This document shows positions 41,641-51,471 of a stretch of 64,000 bases of DNA, piece by piece. The stretch lies in assembly GCA_963740185.1 (NCBI GenBank), contig CAVUDH010000007.1, positions 47,740 through 111,739 on the forward strand, written 5' to 3'. The position numbers and the translations under genes are program-made. This DNA comes from an uncultured Verrucomicrobiae bacterium (GTDB lineage Bacteria > Verrucomicrobiota > Verrucomicrobiia > Chthoniobacterales > JAATET01). A model generated the notes under the pieces. That model was not told where the DNA came from, made no database searches, and saw only the letters and a program-made list of their open reading frames with translations. The number at the start of each line of letters is the position of its first letter. Position 1 is the stretch's first letter.

Positions 41641-42468
41641 TCAAGTAAAAAACCGACGCTGCTTGTCACTGATCGGCCGCTCGAGTTTTTCGAGGACCAG
41701 GAGCAGGTCTTCCCAGACCTTGCGTTTCTCGGCGTTGGATTTGTTATGCAGCAGGTAGGCGGGGTGGAAGGTGATCATCACCGGGGTGCCTTCGTAGTCG
41801 AGCCACCGGCCGCGCAGGTCGCGCATGGGGCGGGTCTCTCCGAGCAGTCCCTGGCTCGCCGTCGCTCCGAGCGCGACCAGGACCCGGGGGCGGACGAGGC
41901 GAATCTGCTCGGCGACCCAGGGGAAACAGGTCTCCATTTCTTCGGAGGTGGGCTTGCGGTTTCCGCGTGAACCCGCTGGCAGATCGGGGCGGCACTTCAG
42001 AACGTTGGCGATGTAGACGTCTTCGCGGGTGAATCCCATCGCCTTGATGATTTTGGTGAGCAGTTCGCCCGCCGCTCCGACGAAGGGTTCGCCGAACTGG
42101 TCTTCGTCCGCGCCGGGTGCTTCTCCGATGAACATGAGATCCGCGTCCGGATTGCCGACCCCGAAGACAACTTGCTTCCGCGAACTCACGAGGTGACCGC
42201 ACTCGCCGCAATGGATCGCCGCCGCCCGGAGTTCGTCGAGGGTCCAGGATCGGGTTGGGATCAGGGTGGGGGAGGTCGCGGGAATCGAGCGCTCCCCGTC
42301 GGCGGGAGTGTCTGGCTGGGCGGCTCGTTCTTCGACGACCAGCTCGTGCGCGATGGATTTGAGTCGGTGGAGCGCCTGTTTCGAAGCGCGGGGTGGAGGC
42401 GTCAGCCCGTCGCGGAGCTTTTCGAGCAGCGGGAGGGCGGTGGCGACGGCAGTGTGAAAGCGTTCCAT
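41641..42468 (-). CDS. Uracil-DNA glycosylase, family 4
   Basis: [26 protein letters not shown] and [11 protein letters not shown] motifs. Start assigned to ATG 42468, just downstream of the rluD stop. Confidence 0.85.
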   Translation of the reverse strand: MERFHTAVATALPLLEKLRDGLTPPPRASKQALHRLKSIAHELVVEERAAQPDTPADGERSIPATSPTLIPTRSWTLDELRAAAIHCGECGHLVSSRKQVVFGVGNPDADLMFIGEAPGADEDQFGEPFVGAAGELLTKIIKAMGFTREDVYIANVLKCRPDLPAGSRGNRKPTSEEMETCFPWVAEQIRLVRPRVLVALGATASQGLLGETRPMRDLRGRWLDYEGTPVMITFHPAYLLHNKSNAEKRKVWEDLLLVLEKLERPISDKQRRFFT

Positions 42469-42473
42469 CGGCG

Positions 42474-43400
42474 TCAAGGCTGCCCGGGCGCGTCCGGCGG
42501 GACGAGCGGAAAATCCTGCGGGACGGGAGCGACGAAGGTCATTCGCTCGCTGGTTGCCGGGTGGTCGAAGGCAAGACTCCACGCGTGCAGGAGGTGGCGG
42601 TCAAATTTCCCCCGCCGCCCGTAGACCGGATCACCCGCGAGCGGGAGGCCGAGGTGCTTGAGATGCACGCGGATCTGGTGGGTGCGCCCGGTGTGGGGAC
42701 GGCATTCCACGAGCGCAAGGTCGCCCTCGTAGCCGAGCAGGCGCCAGTCCGTCACGGCGGGGCGGGCGTTTTCGTGGTTCGACACTGCCATGCGTTGACG
42801 ATGAACGCGGTGCCGCGAGATGGCGGCGTCGACCGTGCCGGAGCGGCGACGGGGAAGACCGAAGACGACGGCGAGATAGACTTTCTCGATGGTGCGGTCG
42901 GCGAATTGTGCGGCGAGCCGGTGGTGGGCGGCGTCGTTTTTGGCGATGACGATGCAGCCGCTGGTATCCTTGTCGAGCCGGTGGACGATGCCAGGGCGCT
43001 CCTCGCCGCCGATCACCGACAGCCCGCCGCAGTGGTGAAGTAGGGCGTTGACGAGCGTGCCGTCGGGATTCCCCGCTCCGGGGTGGACGACGAGTCCGGG
43101 GGGCTTGTTGATCACGATCAGATCGGGATCTTCGTGCAGGATCTCGAGCGGCAAACATTCGCCGAGCAATCGCTCGACGGGAACGGCGGCTGGCACTTCA
43201 ATCGTGAGCGTATCGCCTGGCCGGAGCGTATCGCCCGGCTTGGCTACTTCTCCGTTGCGACGCGCGTGGCCCGAACGAATGAGATCCTGAATCCGCGAAC
43301 GCGAAAGATCCGTGCGCCGGATCGCGAGAAAATGGTCGAATCGGCTGCCCGCCTCTTCGGCGCTGGCGTGGAACGTGTCGGGTGTGGATTCGGCAGGCAT
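42474..43400 (-). CDS. rluD: RluA/RluD-family pseudouridine synthase
   Basis: S4-like N-terminus (RFDHFLAIRRTDLSRSRIQDLIRSG), catalytic HRLDKDTSG, and GRTHQIRVHL. Start ATG 43400; the longer ORF is upstream read-through. Confidence 0.88.
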   Translation of the reverse strand: MPAESTPDTFHASAEEAGSRFDHFLAIRRTDLSRSRIQDLIRSGHARRNGEVAKPGDTLRPGDTLTIEVPAAVPVERLLGECLPLEILHEDPDLIVINKPPGLVVHPGAGNPDGTLVNALLHHCGGLSVIGGEERPGIVHRLDKDTSGCIVIAKNDAAHHRLAAQFADRTIEKVYLAVVFGLPRRRSGTVDAAISRHRVHRQRMAVSNHENARPAVTDWRLLGYEGDLALVECRPHTGRTHQIRVHLKHLGLPLAGDPVYGRRGKFDRHLLHAWSLAFDHPATSERMTFVAPVPQDFPLVPPDAPGQP

Positions 43401-43460
43401 GCGGGTGGACGGAAGTTTTCCGCGATTGCTCCACGCGGGCCAGGATGGTAGTCCATCAGC

Positions 43461-45251
43461 ATGTCGGAAGCGACCTCCCAGATTATCGAAAAATGCCCGG
43501 CCTGCGGGCAGCTGATCGACGTGACTGATGAGGTTCCGTTTTCCGAAATCTCGTGCCCCGGTTGCGCGGCGGAAATGCGGGCGCGAAAGCAGTTCAATAA
43601 CTTCACGCTGCAGGAACTGGTCGGAGAAGGCGGGATGGGTTCGGTCTTCAAGGCGACGGACCTGAATCTGCAGCGCGCCGTCGCGTTGAAGATCCTCAAG
43701 AAAGAGGCCGGCTCGACGGAGTCGGATTGGGAGAAGCTCGCGCAGGAGGCGAAGATCACGGCGTCGATCAACCATCCTCACGTGGTGAAGGTATTCTCCT
43801 TCGGTGAGGATCATGGTCAATTTTACATCGCGATGGAGCTCGTCGAGAAGGGTTCATTGGACGATCTGATCACGCTGCAGGGCAAGGTGTCCGAAATGCA
43901 GGTCCTGGGGGTCGGGATCCAGATCGCGCAGGGGCTTCAGGCAGCCCTCGACCGTGGGCTGCTGCATCGCGATGTGAAGCCGGGCAACATTCTTTTCGCC
44001 GACCCGGGCACGTCCAAGATCGTGGATTTCGGCCTCGCGCTTCTGCTGATCGAAGAGGCCCAGGAGCGCGGCGAAATCTGGGGAACGCCGTATTACATTG
44101 CGCCGGAGAAGTTGGACAACCGCCCGGAGGATTTTCGCAGTGACCTCTACAGCCTCGGCGGCACGCTGTTTCACGCGTTGGCCGGGCGACCGCCGTTTGA
44201 GGCGACCACGGCGTCGATGGTGGCACTGAAGCACATCAAAAGCCAGGCGGTCAGTCTGCAAGCGTTCGCCCCGGACGTATCGAGCGAGACCGCCTACGTG
44301 ATTAATCGCATGCTGCAGAAGGATCCCGATGATCGCTACGCGTCGTACGAGGAGCTGGTCGGCCATTTGAACTACGCCCGCGACACGCTGGTCGAACGAG
44401 CCCGGCAGCCGGTCCAGCGGAAGGAACGGGTCGAGGTCGAGTCGCAGAAAAGTCGGACGGTCATGGGTCTGGTCTGGATGATCACGTTCTTTTTGGTGAT
44501 CGGTGGAGGAATCGCGCTCTACGTCTTCCGCGACGCCATCTTCACGGACGCATCGGCGGGAGCCGGGGACGATTCCGCTGAAATGATGTCGGTGGAGGGC
44601 TTCAACGAATCGATTGCCACCGGTCGGAGGCAGTTTTTGGCCGGATCGTATCCGCAGGCGAAAGAAACCTACGCGCTCGCCTCGGAGCAGGCTCAGGGCC
44701 GTCAACCGAGCCGCAGCTGGGCGATGTCCTTGCAGGGACTCTCCGCGCTGATGGCGGGCGATAGTCGCGAGTCGATGGATGCCTTCAAGCGTCTGGAGGA
44801 TGACGGACTTTTCAGCACCCGATCGGATGAGCAGCGATTGGCAAATTTCTTCGTCGAGCTCGGTCGCCTCATGTCGACGAACCGCTCGATCTCGCCGGGA
44901 GCGCTGGAGAATTATTCTGCGACGAATTTCGAAGCCTTCGCGTTGCTGGCTTTCGGGCTGAAGAACTGGGAGGCCGGCTTCCCGAAGGACGCGGCTCCAT
45001 TTCTTAAAGCATTTCAGAAGGCTGAGCCCGAAGCGCCGAACACTTGGATCTCTGCGTTCAAGCCGGTGATCGAGCCCTACCTCGCGGATTACGCGCTCTA
45101 CGAGGCTCTGGAAAAGGAATCCGCGAAGGTGAGCGGCCCGGGGGTCGCGCAGTTCGAAACCAAGGTAAATCAGGCCAAACGCAAGACCACCACCGGGACC
45201 GGCATCCAGGCTCTGATGGACTCGCTGGTCACCGATGTCCGCAACCGCTGA
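43461..45251 (+). CDS. Ser/Thr protein kinase with N-terminal zinc ribbon, TM helix and C-terminal extracytoplasmic domain
   Basis: CPACGQ...CPGC, GEGGMGSVFKA, HRDVKPGNILF, DFGLA, GTPYYIAPE, and a TM helix VMGLVWMITFFLVIGGGIALYVF. Confidence 0.9.
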   Translation: MSEATSQIIEKCPACGQLIDVTDEVPFSEISCPGCAAEMRARKQFNNFTLQELVGEGGMGSVFKATDLNLQRAVALKILKKEAGSTESDWEKLAQEAKITASINHPHVVKVFSFGEDHGQFYIAMELVEKGSLDDLITLQGKVSEMQVLGVGIQIAQGLQAALDRGLLHRDVKPGNILFADPGTSKIVDFGLALLLIEEAQERGEIWGTPYYIAPEKLDNRPEDFRSDLYSLGGTLFHALAGRPPFEATTASMVALKHIKSQAVSLQAFAPDVSSETAYVINRMLQKDPDDRYASYEELVGHLNYARDTLVERARQPVQRKERVEVESQKSRTVMGLVWMITFFLVIGGGIALYVFRDAIFTDASAGAGDDSAEMMSVEGFNESIATGRRQFLAGSYPQAKETYALASEQAQGRQPSRSWAMSLQGLSALMAGDSRESMDAFKRLEDDGLFSTRSDEQRLANFFVELGRLMSTNRSISPGALENYSATNFEAFALLAFGLKNWEAGFPKDAAPFLKAFQKAEPEAPNTWISAFKPVIEPYLADYALYEALEKESAKVSGPGVAQFETKVNQAKRKTTTGTGIQALMDSLVTDVRNR

Positions 45252-45260
45252 GTTCGTTGC

Positions 45261-45545
45261 TCAACCTTTCGCTTTCGGCGCGAGACAGCCGCCTTCGCCG
45301 CTGGGCCGCACGAAGGGCGTCCGCGTTGTCTCCGTTCCCTTGAACACGTAGGGATCCTCACCGGCCACCATCACGATGTCCCGGCAGTCGAGTGTCCCCA
45401 TGGTCTCGCCTTCCCTGGGTGGATTCCAAGGGAGCAACGACTCCGCGCTCATGTAGTGATTCACGAGCACCCTTCGATAGCCGGAGGTGGCGCGATTGGG
45501 GAGCGAGCGGTGGAGCAGGTATCCAGAACAATTCCTGATCCTCAA
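45261..45545 (-). pseudogene. C-terminal fragment of a PhyH-like (phytanoyl-CoA dioxygenase family) gene
   Basis: The 94-aa ORF contains LLHRSLPNRATSGYRRVLVNHYMSAE, resembling the C-terminal His/Arg motif region of the family. No matching N-terminal two-thirds upstream. Confidence 0.4.
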
Positions 45546-45551
45546 GCGCCT

Positions 45552-45912
45552 CGGAGCAGCTATTTTGGGGAAGTGACCTACCTACCCGGTGGACAGTTTG
45601 GTCCCAAGCGCCAGTCGGGGTTTCAACTCGTGGTCGTTCTCAGTGGACACGCCGACATCGAGGTTGACGATCGGGAGCTTCACGTCCCGGCCCGGCACGT
45701 CGTGCTGCAACTCCCCGGCTGCCTGGCTCTGGCAGCTCCGCACGGACTCCGGCATTTCGCTGCTTCGCCAAACCGGTTTGAGCGTCTCCGAAATCGCCTA
45801 CGCGGTCGGCTGCTCAAATCCCTTTCACTTCTCCCGCCTCGTCAAGCGCGCGACCGGTCTCTCCCCGACGGCCCTGCGGTCCAAGGATTGGCAGGCGGGA
45901 GGCCAGCGGTGA
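45552..45912 (+). pseudogene. AraC-family regulator remnant (internal deletion plus frame change)
   Basis: Cupin-like piece GQFGPKRQSGFQLVVVLSGHADIEVDDRELHVPARHVVLQLPG in one frame. HTH piece LRQTGLSVSEIAYAVGCSNPFHFSRLVKRATGLSPTALR in another. About 120 codons in total, where about 280 are expected. Confidence 0.55.
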
Positions 45913-45977
45913 ATTGCCTCCAGGGTTTGTTAATTTTCCACCGTGGACAGCCGGAGCGGGCTCGATACGTTCTCGGA

Positions 45978-47590
45978 ATGAGTAGCAACGAGCCACCCAA
46001 CCTCACTCCCGAGCAGATCCAGCAGAAACTCACGGAGTTCCTCCGTTCCGGATTTGGTCAAAACATCGGCGCGACCGCTGAGACCGCCGAGCCGGCGGGT
46101 GAGAGCGAGGGGCCGGAGATCATCGAAGATCCCCTCAATCTCTTCGATTTCGACTACACTCCGCGCGACATTAAGCGGCACCTCGATCGCTTCGTCATTC
46201 GGCAGGACGAAGCCAAGAAGGTCCTCAGCATCGCCGTCTGCGATCACTACAACCACGCGCAGTACCGCCACTCGCATGCGCGGGGAAGACCCCGCCGCCT
46301 CGATCGAATACGCCAAACAGAACGTCATTCTCGTCGGCCCGACCGGCGTCGGAAAAACCTACCTCGTCAAGCACGTCGCCGAGCTGATCGGGGTGCCGTT
46401 CGTGAAGGCGGACGCGACGAAGTTCAGCGAAACGGGTTACGTCGGCGGCGACGTCGAAGACCTGGTGCGCGAGCTGGTCGCCAAGGCGGACGGCGACATC
46501 GCGCTCGCCGAGCACGGTATCATTTACATCGACGAAATCGATAAGATCGCCGCATCCGGCGGCTCGAATGGTCGCGACGTCAGCGGTCGGGGCGTTCAGA
46601 CGACCCTGCTCAAACTTATGGAGGAGACCGAGGTGGCCGCGCGTAATCCGATGGATCTCCAGGGTCAACTCCAGGCCGCCTTCGAAATGCAGCGGGGTCG
46701 CGGTGGTGGGAAACCCAAGCGCGAATCGATCAATACCCGCCACGTCCTCTTTATCGTGAGCGGTGCGTTCGACAAACTGGCCGACCGGGTGGGGGAGCGG
46801 CTCAAGCAGGCCCGGGTCGGGTTCGGTGCGGAACCCGCCGCTCTGATCGACCGCGAGAACCTGCTGGCCGAGGTCACCACGCAGGATTTCATCTCCTACG
46901 GAATGGAACCGGAGTTCATCGGTCGCCTCCCGGTTCGGGTGGTCTGCGACTCGCTCACGGCCGAGGATTTGTTCCAAATTCTTCGCCGCTCCGAGGGCAG
47001 CATCATCCGACAGGTACGAGCGCGCGTTCCAAGCCTACGGCATCGAAGTGTTGTTCGCGGACGAAGCCATGCGCCGGATCGCGTCGCTGGCCGAGCTCGA
47101 GAAGACCGGAGCGCGCGGGCTTCTCACGGTTTGCGAGCGACTGTTAAGAAATTTCAAATACGAGCTGCCCGACTCGGGGGTGACGTCTTTCACGGTTACG
47201 AATGCCCTCGTCGAGAATCCGCCAACCGCCCTCACGGCGCTGCTCGAGACCGGCCACGCGGAGAAAGAAAAATCGTTGATCACCATCGTCGAGCAATTCG
47301 GCGAGCGTTTTCAGGAGCAATACGACATCGCCATCGAGTTTGCGGCTGGCACGAAAAGCGGCCTGGTCGCACGAAGTATCGCCGAGGGGGCGGGCGTGCG
47401 CGACCTGTGCGAGACGCTGTTTAAGGACTACCAATTTGGCCTGCAACTGATTCGGAAAAACAGCGGGCGGAAGGAATTTCTGATCCCCGAGCGCGCGATC
47501 ACCGATCCCGATGGGGTGTTGAGCGAATGGGTGGTGGAATCCTATCGCAATGTTCGGCCGCCTGAGGCAGTCTCTGGCGCTCCCGAATGA
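45978..47590 (+). CDS. ClpX-like AAA+ ATPase lacking the N-terminal zinc-binding domain; two frame breaks (about 46270, about 47012)
   Basis: [33 protein letters not shown] | [47 protein letters not shown]...[10 protein letters not shown]...FIVSGAF...EFIGRLPV | [23 protein letters not shown]...TGARGLL. No Cys4 module at the N-terminus. Confidence 0.8.
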
Positions 47591-48858
47591 GATTTCTCAA
47601 AGCCACCATCATCATTGGCGTCATCTCCATTGGCGCCGTCCTGTTGCTCGACGCCGCCGGTTGGATTCGCACCCTCGAGGTTGCCACCGCCGATCTGCTC
47701 ACCCGATTCGCTCCCGCCAGCGGCCTTAAGCTCCTCCCACGGGGCTGGGCTTACGGTCTCGCTGCGGTGATGTCGTTCGCCATCGCGTGGACCACCATCG
47801 ACGTCTCGCGGCCCGTCGCGAAGACCCTGATCGCCGGGGCAACGGGGTTCCTCCTGCTTTCCGGCACGGTCGTCCTCGCGCTCTACAGCCTGTTCCTTTC
47901 GCCGTATCAGGCCATTCTCGCGACCCTGATTAGTTTCGTCATTGGCGCCTTCTACGGAGGCAGCGAGTCCGGCGCGCGGAAGAAAATTCTCCAGCGCCTG
48001 TTTGGCCAGCGGCTGGCTCCGAAAGAATTTCACCGACTCGTCGACGGCGACACCCCGCTCAATTTTCCCGGCGTCGATCAGGACGCCACGGTCGTCGTCT
48101 GCGAAGTCCACAACCACGTGGAACTCACCGCAGCACTGGAACCCGCCGACTACGTCGCGCTCACAAATCTCTACCTCAAGACCGCGTCTGACTACCTCGT
48201 CGACGTCGGCGGGTACCTCGACGAATGCAACGGCGAGAGCCTGCGCGTCGTGTTCGGTGCGCCGATCACCCGGGAAGATCACGCCACCGCTGCCTGCCGC
48301 GCGGCGCTCGAACTCGCCAGTCGCATCGACGAATTGAACCGTGAATGCGACACCCGTTGGCACCAACGCTTGGATTTTCGGGTTGGGATCAACTCGGGCT
48401 CGATGATCGTCGGTGCCTACGGTGGGCGTCGGCTCGGCGCCTTCAGCGTCGCCGGACCTGCGGTGGAATTTGCCCGCCGCCTGTGCGCCGCCTGTGCCAA
48501 TTACGGCTGCCGCATCCTCATCGGTCCCGACACGCTGTCCGACGCCCGCGATTCCTTCGAGGCTCGGCCCATCGACATGCTGCGCCGCGAGAACCAGCAA
48601 CGCATCGAGCTCTACGAATTGTTGGCGACCAAGGGCTCGCTTTCGCCGGAGGGCGTCAAGAATCGCGATCACTTTTGGAGGGGTGCCATCTACTACCGCG
48701 AGCGAAACTGGACCGGTGCGCTGGCGGAATTCGATAAGGCGCGCACTCGCGGAATCCCGGATCCGGGTCTCGATAATTTCGTCCTCCGAGCCGAGCGTGC
48801 GCGCTGCGGCGAATCCGTCGATATGGCCTCGGTGCAGTCCCTCGTCGAACTTTCGTGA
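47587..48858 (+). CDS. Membrane protein with catalytically degenerate class III cyclase-homology domain
   Basis: Four N-terminal TM helices, then a cyclase fold in which both metal Asp positions read Glu (VVCEVHNH, CNGESLRVVFG) and the transition-state Asn position reads Glu (AGPAVEFARRL). ATG overlaps the upstream stop. Confidence 0.7.
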   Translation: MRFLKATIIIGVISIGAVLLLDAAGWIRTLEVATADLLTRFAPASGLKLLPRGWAYGLAAVMSFAIAWTTIDVSRPVAKTLIAGATGFLLLSGTVVLALYSLFLSPYQAILATLISFVIGAFYGGSESGARKKILQRLFGQRLAPKEFHRLVDGDTPLNFPGVDQDATVVVCEVHNHVELTAALEPADYVALTNLYLKTASDYLVDVGGYLDECNGESLRVVFGAPITREDHATAACRAALELASRIDELNRECDTRWHQRLDFRVGINSGSMIVGAYGGRRLGAFSVAGPAVEFARRLCAACANYGCRILIGPDTLSDARDSFEARPIDMLRRENQQRIELYELLATKGSLSPEGVKNRDHFWRGAIYYRERNWTGALAEFDKARTRGIPDPGLDNFVLRAERARCGESVDMASVQSLVELS

Positions 48859-48865
48859 TCCCACG

Positions 48866-49486
48866 GTGAAGTCTGTCGACTACCCCGAGCCCTTTCTCGA
48901 TCTCGCCCGGCAACTCCGACGCCTCCCGTCGGTCGGTCCGCGCAGCGCGGAACGAATCGCGCTTTGGTTGACGACATCCGCCGATTCCCACGCTCCGGAC
49001 CTGGCTGGGGCCTTGACCCGCGCGTCAGAGAGCGTCAGGGCGTGCGAGCGGTGCGGCTTTTTCTCGACCGAACCTCTTTGCGCGATCTGCCAGGAACCCG
49101 AGCGCACGGGCAGAGAAGTCTGCGTGATCGAGACGGCGACCGACATTTTGCCCATTGAGCGCACCGCTGCCTACCGCGGTAGCTACCACGCTCTGGGCGG
49201 ACGCCTGGCACCGCTCGACAACGTCGGTCCCGAAGATCTGCGAATCGACCGCCTCTTGGATCGATGCCGCGTCGAGGAACCGACCGAGATCATTCTCGCG
49301 CTCAGCGCCGACGTCGAGGGCGAGGCGACGGCCAACTATCTTGTCGATGTTCTCCGACCTCTGGGAATCCCCACCTCCCGGATCGCGCAAGGACTGCCAG
49401 CGGGTGGGGGACTCGAGCAAGCGGACCAGCTGACCCTGCAACGAGCGCTGGCCGGACGTCGGCCCACCGAATCCGGATCACGATGA
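48866..49486 (+). CDS. recR: Recombination protein RecR
   Basis: LRRLPSVGPRSAERIALWL (HhH), Cys4 CERCGFFSTEPLCAIC, Toprim VCVIETATDILPIE and ADVEGEATANYL. GTG start at 48866. Confidence 0.9.
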   Translation: MKSVDYPEPFLDLARQLRRLPSVGPRSAERIALWLTTSADSHAPDLAGALTRASESVRACERCGFFSTEPLCAICQEPERTGREVCVIETATDILPIERTAAYRGSYHALGGRLAPLDNVGPEDLRIDRLLDRCRVEEPTEIILALSADVEGEATANYLVDVLRPLGIPTSRIAQGLPAGGGLEQADQLTLQRALAGRRPTESGSR

Positions 49487-49551
49487 TCGTCCTCTCAAAC
49501 CACGCCTCGAGGTCCCACCAGCGTGGGTCCGTTTCAACTCCCGAATAAGCG

Positions 49552-50055
49552 GTGTCCGATCAGCCCCCATTTCGATTAACGCCTCAAGTCGGCATTGTCG
49601 TTGCCATCGTGCTCCTCGCGCTGGCGATTCCGGTGGCTCTCGTCGGGCTCTATTTCCGCAAAGCACCGGAGCCAGCTCCGCCCGACACGAGTGCCATCCT
49701 TGCTCCCATCGAACAAAGTTTGACGGCACTGGCGGATGAAAAACTGGCGGGCACCCGACTCACACTCGACGAGGGATCGCTCATCCACGTCGAACCAAGG
49801 AAAGGCGAAAGCGTCCGCCAGTGCGCGGATCGGATTCTGGCAACCGTGAAAGAACTTCACGGCTCCGCGCTCGAATCATCGCCGGAAGACGGCGACGAGG
49901 CAAGCGGGTGGATGATCACGCTTCCAGCGTCAGCGTTGGGGCGATTTCGTGAATCGCTGGGAATTGCTGAAACCACCAGCGCGCCGCCAATTCAAGAGTC
50001 CGAAGGGGACGGAGCAACCTTCCTGCGAGTGGAAATCTCCCGACCCACACCGTGA
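49552..50055 (+). CDS. Hypothetical single-pass membrane protein
   Basis: 167-aa ORF with a TM helix VGIVVAIVLLALAIPVALVGLYF. Its stop overlaps the next start. Confidence 0.45.
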   Translation: MSDQPPFRLTPQVGIVVAIVLLALAIPVALVGLYFRKAPEPAPPDTSAILAPIEQSLTALADEKLAGTRLTLDEGSLIHVEPRKGESVRQCADRILATVKELHGSALESSPEDGDEASGWMITLPASALGRFRESLGIAETTSAPPIQESEGDGATFLRVEISRPTP

Positions 50056-50711
50056 TCCTCGTCACGTTCGCGGTTCCGTTCGAAAGCAAAGCATTTCGCG
50101 ATAAGCTGCCCGCCGATGCCAAAATCGAATGTCTTCACACCGGGGTCGGTTGCGCCGCAGCTAGCGAAGCCATTCAGCGCGCGCTCCGGCAGCAATCGTA
50201 TTCCCACGTCATCATATCCGGCTTTGCGGGAGGACTCGTTGAGCACTTAGCCGTCGGGGATCTTGTCTCGACCGATGACGGTGCCCGCTTAGGCAATGCG
50301 GTCATGATCGGGGGTCTGAAGACTGTGAAAATCAGCCAAAGCCACCAAGTTCTTACGAACGCGGACACCAAGGCTCGTTTCCAACTCGAAACGGGCGCTG
50401 AAGCCGTGGACATGGAAACGCGGACGATTCGCGACGCTTGTCACCAGGCAAGCATTCCGTATTCCGTGATCCGCGTCATTAGCGATGACGCCCAAGCCAG
50501 TCTGGTCGTTCCAGCCGATCTTTTGACCAATGTCACGCGGCGGCCAATCCGGGGCGGATTGAAGCTCTTCGCATTCCTCGCAGTTCGACCGACGACCTGG
50601 GGTCCGTTTTTGGAAATGGTCCGGAACTGCCGCGTCGCTCAGAGACGTCTCGCAAACGCTCTCATGCGAGCAGTCGATCAAATGACGCCGTCACCGCCGC
50701 CGGCGCCCTAA
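50052..50711 (+). CDS. PNP_UDP_1 nucleoside phosphorylase/nucleosidase family protein (HpnG/MqnB/MTAN-like)
   Basis: VIISGFAGGL...AEAVDMETRTIRDAC...VIRVISDD pattern of the phosphorylase superfamily. Subfamily not resolvable by eye. Confidence 0.55.
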   Translation: MILVTFAVPFESKAFRDKLPADAKIECLHTGVGCAAASEAIQRALRQQSYSHVIISGFAGGLVEHLAVGDLVSTDDGARLGNAVMIGGLKTVKISQSHQVLTNADTKARFQLETGAEAVDMETRTIRDACHQASIPYSVIRVISDDAQASLVVPADLLTNVTRRPIRGGLKLFAFLAVRPTTWGPFLEMVRNCRVAQRRLANALMRAVDQMTPSPPPAP

Positions 50712-51422
50712 TCCAGGACCCAACCCAAGCGACCAAGCGCCAGCGCGACACGACCGGTTAACTCCAGAAGGGTCGATCTAGAAGATGGACACCCAGGAAA
50801 AAGTTTGGCTGGGCGGAATCACATCGGGGCGCTGACAATTGGTGTGACGACATGGCCCCGAACGATCGAGATCAAGTGTTCACCGTCAGGTTTCGGAATG
50901 AGTCAATGGGTAACTCGTTGAATCACTTGACGGATGTGTCTCCAAGCGACCATGTGAGCGAGTTCATCGTCGTCGATGATAATGAGACAGTGTTTCGTGG
51001 CTATGGCAGGTCAGGCGTGGGAATAGACCATGCAACAGTGTGGGAGACTTCCAATCCAAAGGGCTCAAACGGAGTGTCTTTGAGCAGGGCTTCGATTTGT
51101 TCTTTCATGTTCCGACTTTAACTCGGGAGGTTGATTTTAAAAGTAAAGCCTGAAAACGGCACTGAGATTTGGTGAACCTACGCTCCCGCACATGTCGGTG
51201 ACGCTTGTTATACATGACATATATTGGGTGATGTTATAAATTACTCACTGAGCTGGAGGGCTTTCCAGGAATGTGAACAATTCCGGGCATATCTCGCGAG
51301 TCGGCTGATTGCCGGATTCAAAACCAGAGTTATCCCCATTGAGACTCGGAAGACCAAACCGATTCCGTCAAAGGATCGAAGGACGCTGCGCTGCTGATTG
51401 GCGCAAGATTCATCGCCCCAAG

Positions 51423-51449
51423 GCCGATGGCACGAAGGCATCGGCTTTT
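51423..51449 (+). terminator. Putative intrinsic terminator (plus strand)
   Basis: gccgatg-gcacgaagg-catcggc is a 7-bp stem followed by tttt. The U-tract is present only on the plus strand, so it does not serve the convergent gene at 51472-52449. Confidence 0.45.
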
Positions 51450-51471
51450 CAATCGACGCGCGGATCTCGGA

